DNA of 64,000 nt from an uncultured bacterium (lineage in GTDB: Bacteria; Patescibacteriota; Minisyncoccia; Phycocordibacterales; PALSA-1337), in assembly GCA_903825415.1 (NCBI GenBank), contig CAIKAN010000028.1, positions 3,474 through 67,473 on the forward strand. Reading direction: 5' to 3'. This document shows, one piece after another, positions 1 to 7,700 of the stretch (positions are counted from its first letter, which is position 1; each line of letters opens with the position of its first letter). The translations under genes and the position numbers were made by a program. The notes beneath the pieces were generated by a model, which saw only the letters and a program-made list of their open reading frames with translations, ran no database searches and had not been told where the DNA came from.

Positions 1-168
1 TTCGGAGTTATTGTCAGCATTATGAATGCGGCCCTCTCGTTTTTCTACAACGTTTTCAAGTTGGTCCTATACATTTCACCGGGAATCGGAATATTCCTGA
101 TCCTTACCGTAGTTGGCGCATACGGCATAGCTTTAGCCAAAAAGAGGCTTAAGTTACCCCATAATTAG
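1..168 (+). CDS. 3' end of a membrane protein (partial)
   Basis: Frame 1 is open from the window edge: FGVIVSIMNAALSFFYNVFKLVLYISPGIGIFLILTVVGAYGIALAKKRLKLPHN*, hydrophobic; TAG at 166-168. Confidence 0.55.
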   Translation, partial: FGVIVSIMNAALSFFYNVFKLVLYISPGIGIFLILTVVGAYGIALAKKRLKLPHN

Positions 169-225
169 CCCCTAAATGCCCCTGTGTACGCTTTTCAGGC
201 GAGGTTCGGGGGTAATTACAAACAT

Positions 226-438
226 ATGATTTCAAAACAAGCGTTAGAAGAATTCAAAGAGATTTGGCGAAAGGAAAACCCTGGCCAAGATATCGACGAT
301 GCGACTGCGATGGATCAGGCAGTAGCTTTGCTTACTCTCATGGATACAGTCTACAGACCAGTGAAGAAAGAATGGTTCGAGAAGTACAAAGATGAAGTCG
401 ACGAAGAAAATAGTGAAGATAAGGGTGGGGTGAAATAA
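226..438 (+). CDS. small hypothetical protein (MISKQALEEFKEIWRKE...), of a type I associate with CPR mobile islands
   Basis: ATG at 226 within ORF 184..438; family association is from memory only. Confidence 0.6.
   Translation: MISKQALEEFKEIWRKENPGQDIDDATAMDQAVALLTLMDTVYRPVKKEWFEKYKDEVDEENSEDKGGVK
410..433 (+). repeat. ATAGTGA-N8-GTRGGGTRA motif, copy 1 of 5
   Basis: atagtga agataagg gtggggtga; 407-431 matches 3390-3414 at 24/25 positions. Confidence 0.85.
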
Positions 439-481
439 CCCAAGGTCGTTATTTACAGTAAAACTTTATAATTTGATAACG

Positions 482-597
482 CCTGATCATGCCTGTTAAC
501 TCCTGACCGTTAATACGGTTAAATTACGGTGGTCGACCTGATAGAACAGGAAAATAACAGGTGAGCTGGTCCGCAAAGAATTTACGGTGATTACGGT
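482..597. repeat. array of short hairpin units with a duplicated arm at ~11 bp period
   Basis: ACCGT-taat-ACGGT-taaatt-ACGGT (506-530); CCTG-atagaa-CAGG-aaaataa-CAGG (537-561). Confidence 0.7.
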
Positions 598-616
598 CAC
601 TTAGAAGTAGTCCGAA

Positions 617-640
617 ATAGTGAATGAGACTGTAGGGTAA
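617..640 (+). repeat. ATAGTGA-N8-GTRGGGTAA motif, copy 2
   Basis: atagtga atgagact gtagggtaa. Confidence 0.85.
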
Positions 641-679
641 TAGCCTAAATTACCCATATTTGTCTGCGTTTTATCGGTA

Positions 680-708
680 TTGACAATAGTGCAATATGGG
701 TGTATAAT
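680..708 (+). promoter_or_regulatory. consensus sigma70 promoter of the DGR target gene
   Basis: TTGACA (680-685), 17 bp spacer, TATAAT (703-708). Confidence 0.85.
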
Positions 709-851
709 AGTTACATAGTTCTTTGATAGGAAATTGCGAGTTTTATCACAGCAGAAAGTGGCTCATACACATAGGCCATTCTCTGCTGTGATGAAACCAA
801 TGTGGCCAAATCGACAGCGAATCAAACAATGTAAGAAAGGAACAGCTCATC

Positions 852-1583
852 ATGAGTACAGCCTTGAATGAAGTCCCGGGATGGTATATCGAATTCCAAG
901 CGGCGCTTTTGCGCCAAGCTCCTCGCCCGGGGGAGATTGATCAGATGACGGCCGAAGGATGGACCAGCAATCAAAAGGGTCTCAAAAAGAACCTGGCGAA
1001 TTGCCTCCTTCCTCAAACGTCCGTCGTCCCTGTCGAACCGGCCAAGCTCGAGCTTTTGCTCGATCTGGTTGGAACGGTTACAACATCGGCAACCACCAGC
1101 AAGTTCGTCGCCAAAGACAAGTTCGTGGTCAACACCAAGTGCAACGCTCCGGTGAAGATCTCGGCAGTCTGGGACAACTTCACCAGCTGGTTCCTGTCGG
1201 GCGACGGCAAGACCGAAGACCCTATCAGCGAACAGACGCTCCGCTACCACAAATTGCGGAAGTCTTCAGTTGATGGTCCCATCATTACCGAACTGGGTGG
1301 CGAGGAGAAATCCGAAACCACTTTGACGGAAATGTTCTCCTTGATGGAGAAGCAGAAGAATGGTGAAGACGGTGTTCTCCTGAACAACGGCTACGCCAAC
1401 ATCTTCTACATTCGGGACCAGAATGGTGTGCTTCGCGCGGTCTACGTGCGCTGGGACGACGACGGCTGGCGCGTCAGTGCGTTCTCCGTCGAGCTCCCGG
1501 ACGGGTGGGGTGATGGCGACCAGGTGTTCTCTCGCAATTCTGTTCTCGAATCCTCGGAACCTTCGGCTCCGGCGCAAGCCTGA
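852..1583 (+). CDS. DGR target (variable) protein, 243 aa, with C-terminal VR
   Basis: Its C-terminal region is a near copy of the TR at 1901-2014; AAGGA SD-like sequence upstream. Confidence 0.92.
   Translation: MSTALNEVPGWYIEFQAALLRQAPRPGEIDQMTAEGWTSNQKGLKKNLANCLLPQTSVVPVEPAKLELLLDLVGTVTTSATTSKFVAKDKFVVNTKCNAPVKISAVWDNFTSWFLSGDGKTEDPISEQTLRYHKLRKSSVDGPIITELGGEEKSETTLTEMFSLMEKQKNGEDGVLLNNGYANIFYIRDQNGVLRAVYVRWDDDGWRVSAFSVELPDGWGDGDQVFSRNSVLESSEPSAPAQA
1424..1537 (+). repeat. DGR variable repeat (VR)
   Basis: 114 bp ungapped alignment to 1901-2014 with 17 mismatches, each opposite a TR adenine. Confidence 0.97.
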
Positions 1584-1603
1584 TCCTTTGTCCCTTGGAC
1601 CCT

Positions 1604-1646
1604 TTGACCCTCGGTCTGCTTCGGCGGATTGGGGGTCAATTTTTTT
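1604..1646 (+). terminator. intrinsic terminator / post-VR hairpin
   Basis: ttgaccctcggtctgc-TTCG-gcggattgggggtcaa followed by a T run. Confidence 0.8.
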
Positions 1647-1900
1647 ATATTTAAATTTCTCTTGCTATACTTATTTCCGAAATCATGTGTTACGTGACGG
1701 TCATGGCTTTCACGTCATGGTCTTAGGATATTTTTCTCGAGAGTCATACTGGGTACGCCTTGTATGAGAGTGGGGAAAGTCTCTTCAAAAAAATAACAAG
1801 AATTGGTATATGAGATTAGCGGACTTTGATGTCCCGGATAAAATTCAGCTGGTCATGGTTTGGCTGGCGGTGATATAGATGATCTTGTATACGATAACGC

Positions 1901-2014
1901 TGGTGTGCTTCGCGCGGTCAACGTGAACTGGAACGACGACGGCTGGAACGTCAATGCGAACTCCGTCGAGAACCCGAACAGGTGGAATGATGGCAACCAG
2001 GTGTTCTCTCGAAA
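1901..2014 (+). ncRNA. DGR template repeat (TR)
   Basis: AAC/AAT-rich template copy of the VR; -10-like TGCTATACT at ~1662-1670 upstream and hairpin+T5 at 2026-2053 downstream. Confidence 0.95.
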
Positions 2015-2025
2015 CTGTTGGTTTT

Positions 2026-2053
2026 CTCCTCGGCTTAAGGTCGGGGAGTTTTT
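2026..2053 (+). terminator. hairpin/terminator after the TR, overlapping the avd stop codon
   Basis: ctcctcggc-ttaag-gtcggggag-ttttt. Confidence 0.6.
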
Positions 2054-2429
2054 GCTTGCAAACCCTTCTTCCAACCACCAAGTTGTCGCCCTATTTCCTC
2101 AAGTCTTCCGATTAAGTCCGAGTATGTATCAGTTGGAATAATTTTACTTTCCCATGCGAGTTGCACAAAGAACTTCACAATATCAAGTTTTGTGATGGCT
2201 TTGTTTAATATTGGTATTTTGTGTTCAGGTGGGAGATAAGAAAGACAGAATGTGTATTCAAGTACATCAAGAAAAGCCTGTTCAATTCTGTTTCCAATTC
2301 CATACCGTTCGACTTTCGGAAAATCACGATAGATAGAGAGCCAAAAACGATATGTCTCTTTCGATTTGAGAATTACCTGTGGTAATTCTCGGGGGGGGGG
2401 GTAATATGATCCTTATTAGTATGAGTCAT
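2035..2429 (-). CDS. avd: DGR accessory variability determinant (Avd-like four-helix bundle); frame discontinuity at the C11 tract
   Basis: Minus frame 2391->2035 reads RELPQVILKSKETYRFWLSIYRDFPKVERYGIGNRIEQAF...LEEIGRQLGGWKKGLQAKTPRP*, with Avd-type PKxERY and IGRQLGGW motifs; the nearest ATG (2429-2427) is out of frame by one base. Confidence 0.85.
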
Positions 2430-3416
2430 GAGTATAAGAATATCATATCCATCAAAAATCTATGCGATGCGTGGACCGAATTTATATGTGGCAAGAAATC
2501 TAAAAAGGACGTTGCTGAATTTTCTCTGAATCTCTCTCAAAACATTTTCAAATTGCACGAGGAACTGCGAACAAAAATGTATAGACATGGTGCATACGAA
2601 GCTTTTTCGATAAGTGATCCGAAACCGAGAAGTATTCACAAGGCTACGGTCCGAGATAGATTATTGCATCATGCTATTTACAGGATTTTGTATCCCTATT
2701 TTGATAAAAAGTTTATTTATGATTCCTACTCCTGTCGACAGTTCAAAGGAACACATCGAGCGTTAAATCGGTTCAATGATTTCATGATGAAAGTATCACA
2801 AAGTAATAGTAGGGCATGCTGGGTTCTGAAATGCGATGTAAGAAAGTTTTTCGCATCTATTGATCATGAAAAGCTTATTGAAATATTCAAGCGACATATT
2901 AATGATATGGAAACGATCTGGCTTGTTGAACGCATTGTTGAGAGTTTTCAAAGTACTGGTCCAGGTAAGGGTTTGCCTTTAGGTAACCTGACCTCGCAAC
3001 TTTTGGTAAATGTTTACATGAATGAGTTTGACCAGTTTGTGAAGCACAAGCTCAAAGCTAAGTATTATATTCGGTATGCCGATGACTTCGTTATTATGCA
3101 CCATGAGAAAGATGTGTTGGTGGATATTCTGCCAAAGGTCCAGAGCTTTCTCAGTGAGCAACTAAAGCTGTCTCTTCATCCAGATAAGGTGTTTATAAAG
3201 ACAGCTTCATCAGGCGTAGATTTTCTGGGATGGGTCCATTTTCCGCACCATCGAGTGATACGGATAACAACAAAAAATCGTATGTTCAAGAAAATCAAAG
3301 ATTCTCAAGAAAAGCCGGAAGTCGTCCAGTCGTACCTCGGACTTTTGAGTCATGGTAATGGTTGGAAATTGAAACAGAGAGTTAAGGATAAAATAGTGAA
3401 GACAAGGGTGGGGTAA
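2421..3416 (+). CDS. DGR reverse transcriptase
   Basis: Motifs KPRSIH, DRLLHHA, LKCDVRKFF, GLPLGNLTSQ, YIRYADDF and GVDFLG; start at ATG 2421 (alternatively 2406). Confidence 0.96.
   Translation: MSHEYKNIISIKNLCDAWTEFICGKKSKKDVAEFSLNLSQNIFKLHEELRTKMYRHGAYEAFSISDPKPRSIHKATVRDRLLHHAIYRILYPYFDKKFIYDSYSCRQFKGTHRALNRFNDFMMKVSQSNSRACWVLKCDVRKFFASIDHEKLIEIFKRHINDMETIWLVERIVESFQSTGPGKGLPLGNLTSQLLVNVYMNEFDQFVKHKLKAKYYIRYADDFVIMHHEKDVLVDILPKVQSFLSEQLKLSLHPDKVFIKTASSGVDFLGWVHFPHHRVIRITTKNRMFKKIKDSQEKPEVVQSYLGLLSHGNGWKLKQRVKDKIVKTRVG
3393..3416 (+). repeat. ATAGTGA-N8-GTRGGGTAA motif, copy 3 (supplies the RT stop codon)
   Basis: atagtga agacaagg gtggggtaa. Confidence 0.85.
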
Positions 3417-3472
3417 CTCAATAATTTTACCCGTAATAACGGGAAATTAACGGGAAGTCACTTTTTCGCAAC

Positions 3473-3496
3473 ATAGTGAGTGAGAGTGTGGGGTAA
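3473..3496 (+). repeat. ATAGTGA-N8-GTRGGGTAA motif, copy 4
   Basis: atagtga gtgagagt gtggggtaa. Confidence 0.85.
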
Positions 3497-3659
3497 GACT
3501 GATAAAGCAGTTAAAAAGCAGTCTCGCACTCCGTTGTTAATACAACGTGAAAACAACGGCAGTTATTGCCGTTAAAAAACGGTGAAAAAACGGTTAACAC
3601 CCGCCCTTTAAAAAGGGTAAAAAAGGGCGTAGTTATTATAAATACAGATCTGATACAGA
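3497..3659. repeat. array of short hairpin units with a duplicated arm at ~11 bp period
   Basis: GACTG..AAAGCAGT..AAAGCAGT; CCGTTG..ACAACG..ACAACG; CCGTT..AAAAAACGGT x2; CCCTTT..AAAAAGGG x2; ATACAGA x2. Confidence 0.75.
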
Positions 3660-3679
3660 GAAGAAATTACTTTTTAGAT

Positions 3680-3703
3680 ATAGTGAGTGCTGGTGTAGGG
3701 TAA
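3680..3703 (+). repeat. ATAGTGA-N8-GTRGGGTAA motif, copy 5
   Basis: atagtga gtgctggt gtagggtaa. Confidence 0.85.
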
Positions 3704-3865
3704 CAATCTTTGAAGCTCGGAATGTAGATCGTAGCATCGTCAATTTTTCGGAATATTTCTGTAACTTGAGCGACCACGCGACCCCGAGAAAATGACAGAA
3801 TATTGCGCGATATACCTATTACCTTCTGTGGAGACGGAGAAGAAGTTAGGCTATAATGGCTGATC

Positions 3866-4276
3866 ATGATCTATTTCATCCGTCATGGCGAAAGCGAAGC
3901 CAATCTCAGGGAGGTGTTCGCGGGACAGAAAGACGATTCAGCATTGACCGAAAAAGGCCGTGAACAGGCCAGAGAGGCTGGCAACAAGATCAAGAGCCTC
4001 GGTTTGAATATCGATATCATAGTGAGCTCTCCGCTCATCCGAGCTTTTGATACAGCAAAGATCGTGGCGCAAATCATCGGTTATTCCAAGGAGATCGTCA
4101 TCGATGGCCGCATAACAGAATATGATATGGGAATACTTACAGGTACTCCGGGACATCAGATCACTTCAAAGGCGCTGGTGTCTGCGGAAAATGCCGAAGA
4201 CCCAGAAGCTTTTTGTAGCAGTGGTCGAGCTCATTTGATGGTCTGTGATGTTGTCTATAAACTGACTCTATGCTAA
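3866..4276 (+). pseudogene. histidine phosphatase family protein, probably 3'-truncated
   Basis: N-terminal IYFIRHGES and SSPLIRAFDTA motifs; similarity ends near 4212, before the second catalytic His region. Confidence 0.65.
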
Positions 4277-4490
4277 TTTAGATATCGGTTTAACTGGTCT
4301 TGATGGACGAAAGGTCAGCTCGTTCGTTAATTCAGCCGTCCAAGAAAGGATATCTTATGACGCCCGGAAGAGCCTGTGAAAGATTAAGTTTCCAGTAACA
4401 GAAGCGTCCGGGGACAGACCTTTGATTATATGTTTGTCAGTCTATCCATAATCGAGGAGGTTAGCAGCTGACTCGTGTCTTGGGTAGACG

Positions 4491-4528
4491 GAATGGCCGC
4501 TGTTTCGCTCGGTGGCCATTTTTATTTC
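4491..4528 (+). terminator. intrinsic terminator
   Basis: aatggccgc...ggtggccatt followed by T-rich tail. Confidence 0.6.
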
Positions 4529-4724
4529 TTAATAGGGCTAAGAATCTCTATTTCTGAGATTGTAATGCTGTAATGGCTAGTCGATTCAAACGGCATTATG
4601 GCATATGAAAGCTCTCGCTGTATCCTTCAGAATATCTGAACAGCAAGGGAGATTATTTTTTGGACAAAACCATATCGTGGCTCTATACTTACTCATAGCC
4701 AAATAAGCTTAATCTCTAATAACC

Positions 4725-7700
4725 ATGAATAAAACAAAACTCGCGCGGGTGGGGATCGTTGTGCTGGTCGTGGTCCTCTGTGTCGCTGCGTATGCGGTGT
4801 TTCATGGTTTGATAGGGAATCCTTTTCATATCCCAGCCAAGAATTATCAGGCCGCCTATCGTTTGGTCCCCGAGAAAGTCTCGCTATCGGCCGCCATCTC
4901 CGTCTCTTTGCCAACGGGAACGAGCATGCAGAATTTTGATCCGACGAAGCAGGTGATGTTCGACCCAAAGATAGAAGGAAGATGGATCGATGGTAAAGTC
5001 GCCTCGATCATACCGAGCGCGCATGCTGCTGAGGCGGAGCCTGTATATTATTTCCAGCCAAATAAAACGTTGGCTTTGAACAAGCATTATTCGGTGACCT
5101 TGGCGCTCTCTGAAGGGAAGACGATGCAGTCTGATTTTCTGGTCGTGCCTGATCCGGCTGTCATATCGATCTTGCCGCACGATGGAGAAGTTGTGACTGA
5201 TACCAAGATCAGTATCGTCTTCAATCGTCCGATGGTGCCCTTGAGCACGATAGATGAGATGTCACCGACAGATCCGCCCGTTTCTATTTCTCCGAACACG
5301 GCCGGCCGATTCAAGTGGATCAGCACCAACACCTTGCAATTCATATCCGATAGCGGTTTGATCGGATCAGCCAAATACACTGTTTCAGTCAAGGCCGGTC
5401 TCAAATCTCTCGAGGGGCTCGATGTGAAGCCGTTCACTGCATCATTTACGACCCGACATCTCCGATTTTGGACGGATCCTTCTTCGTATAGCGATAGCAA
5501 AGCGACTACCGCAGTAAGAGGCTATAATCAGCCATTCTTGATCAGATTCAATCAGGCCGTCGATCTGGATCGCACCAAAAATTCTGTGACTGTGAATGAT
5601 GGCGAAAAGAATATACCTTTCTCTGTGCAAGAAGGGAAGATCGATGGTCCGCTAGACCCTAGCATCATGGCTATCTATCCAGCTGGCGGAGATAGCGGAG
5701 TTTGGCAGCTACATCGCACTTATACCGTGACCGTCACCCATGCCTATCCAGCATCCCATGGAGATATCAGTCTCGATGCCCCTGGCACATTTTACTTTTC
5801 GGTAGATAATATCTATTCAAGCCTGACCGTTCTCTCACCGAGGACTAGCGATGCCAGTCTAGACCGCTTCGATCCACAGGGACAGCTAGCTATGCATTTT
5901 TATGAAGATATCGATCTGGCCAAAAGCAAGATCACTGGTCCAGCAGTCAACTCTGTAGTTTATGGAGAAAAGTGCAAAGATGATGTCAATACCTCGAAAT
6001 GTACAAAGGTTCCCGATCAGTCTCTTCTCCTTGTCTCTTTCGATGCTGACAAACTGAAGACTGGCGATACGACTGAGGTTGATCTCGATTCGATCGCTTC
6101 AGCCTCAGGAAATTCTCTGAGCTCTACTCGCACACCCATCAGTCTCAGTGTATACGGTCCTTTGGCTATATTTGATGTGAAATCTGGCGATTCTTTGAAT
6201 ACGCTCACAATCTGTTCCAATAATCCTTTGCAGACTGATAGCGCCAAGCAAAAGATCGATTCTACTCCAGTTGTTAAGCCTCTATCTTGGTCGCACTCTT
6301 ACAGATCAGATGTGAATCATTATGGCACGATCAGCCCTTGCGCGGTCGGTCAATTTATCACCTCGGTCTCTGGATATCTATTGCCTCAGGCTGGATATCA
6401 AGGAAAGATCGAAGCAGCCGATGTATTCGGAGGCTCAGCTAGCAAAGCTTTTGATTTCAGTACAAGAGATGCGACTGACAATGATTACGAGCTGCATAAT
6501 TATCAGAGCACGGACATCGTAGCTGTGCCAGGAAAGACCAAGATGACCTTTGCTGAGACATTCTTGCCGAGGATCACATCTACAGTCTGCCGCCTGTCTC
6601 CTTATGATTATTATCGAGTGCGACAAGATTATAAGCTCGACGCCAGAGACTATTGTCAGGAGACTGTTTCCAAAACGATAGAACTGCCGACTGATCAACC
6701 AGGCAGAGTCTTCTTTGGTGTCGATATCGCCGATTATTTTCCGGATCAGATCGGGAATTATGCCGTGCTCCTATCCAGCCCATTGTTGGCGGTGAATCGC
6801 AATAATTCATGGAGATATTCGACGGTCTCATATATCTCAGTGACGAATCTGGTCGTGACACAGAAGAGCATCAACCCTTCTTTGACTGCTGGTTATAATG
6901 GCGCCATTTTGAGAGGCGATCAGATCAATAAGCTGCAGAATATGTATTGGGTCATCGATGCTCGCACGCAAGGTCCGGTGGCAGGAGCATCTGTCAAAAC
7001 ATATAAAGATGGCAGTGTCGTGGAAACAGCTACGACCAATGATCAAGGCCTGGCATATCTCGTCCCGATCGCTGATCCTGAGATGACCGTCGTCTCGTTA
7101 GGCGGCGATAATGCTGTCATGGCTGGCGGCGCAACGGTTCTCAACTATGCTGAGAGCGCGAGCAATGCCCAAAAGACTTTCCTGTATACGGATAAACCGA
7201 TCTATCGACCTGGCCAAGAAGTAGATATCAAGGGCCTTTTACGAGCGGGGTATGACGGCTATTATGAAGCCCCGTCGGCTACTCCTATGACTCTCACTGT
7301 AACTGACCCTTCGAATGCAGCCGTGAAGCAAGTCCAATTGACACCCAACGGCTTCGGATCGATCAGTACTATTCTCGATCTCGACCCTTCAGCGAAGCTG
7401 GGAACATATAGCGCCTGTATCAAATATCAATGCGCCTATTTTGACGTCTTGGATTATGCCCCGGCAGCATTCAAGGTGGACATGACGACGGCTAAGGATG
7501 AGTATAATAAAGGCGATGATCCGGCTATCCAAGTCAGTTCCAATTATTATTTTGGCATCCCCGTCTCTAATGTGGCGTTGAATTATCATGTAAGCAGCCA
7601 ATATTATTATTTCGACAAGTACACCAAGGAATATCTCAACTTCAATAATCTAAGCGATGATATGGGGCAGGGTTATTATTATGGCGATCGCTATATAAGC

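Larger units (their letters stand above)
680..3416. mobile_element. complete diversity-generating retroelement (target-VR, TR, avd, RT)
   Basis: All four components are adjacent, with adenine-specific VR/TR differences. Confidence 0.95.

Noticed and set aside
410-433. Canonical Xer dif site
   Set aside because: It lacks the TAA-N6-TTA inverted core of dif sites
1860-2141. 93 aa ORF resembling the target C-terminus
   Set aside because: It is the translated TR (AAC-rich, hence Asn-rich) running antisense into avd, not a likely protein gene
2379-2420. RT N-terminal extension MVILGGGGN from GTG 2379
   Set aside because: It runs through the hairpin and G11 tract; RT-like sequence starts at ATG 2406/2421
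410-3703. CRISPR interpretation of the repeated motif and hairpin units
   Set aside because: Repeat centres vary, spacing is 80-2776 bp, units share no constant repeat, and no cas genes are in the window
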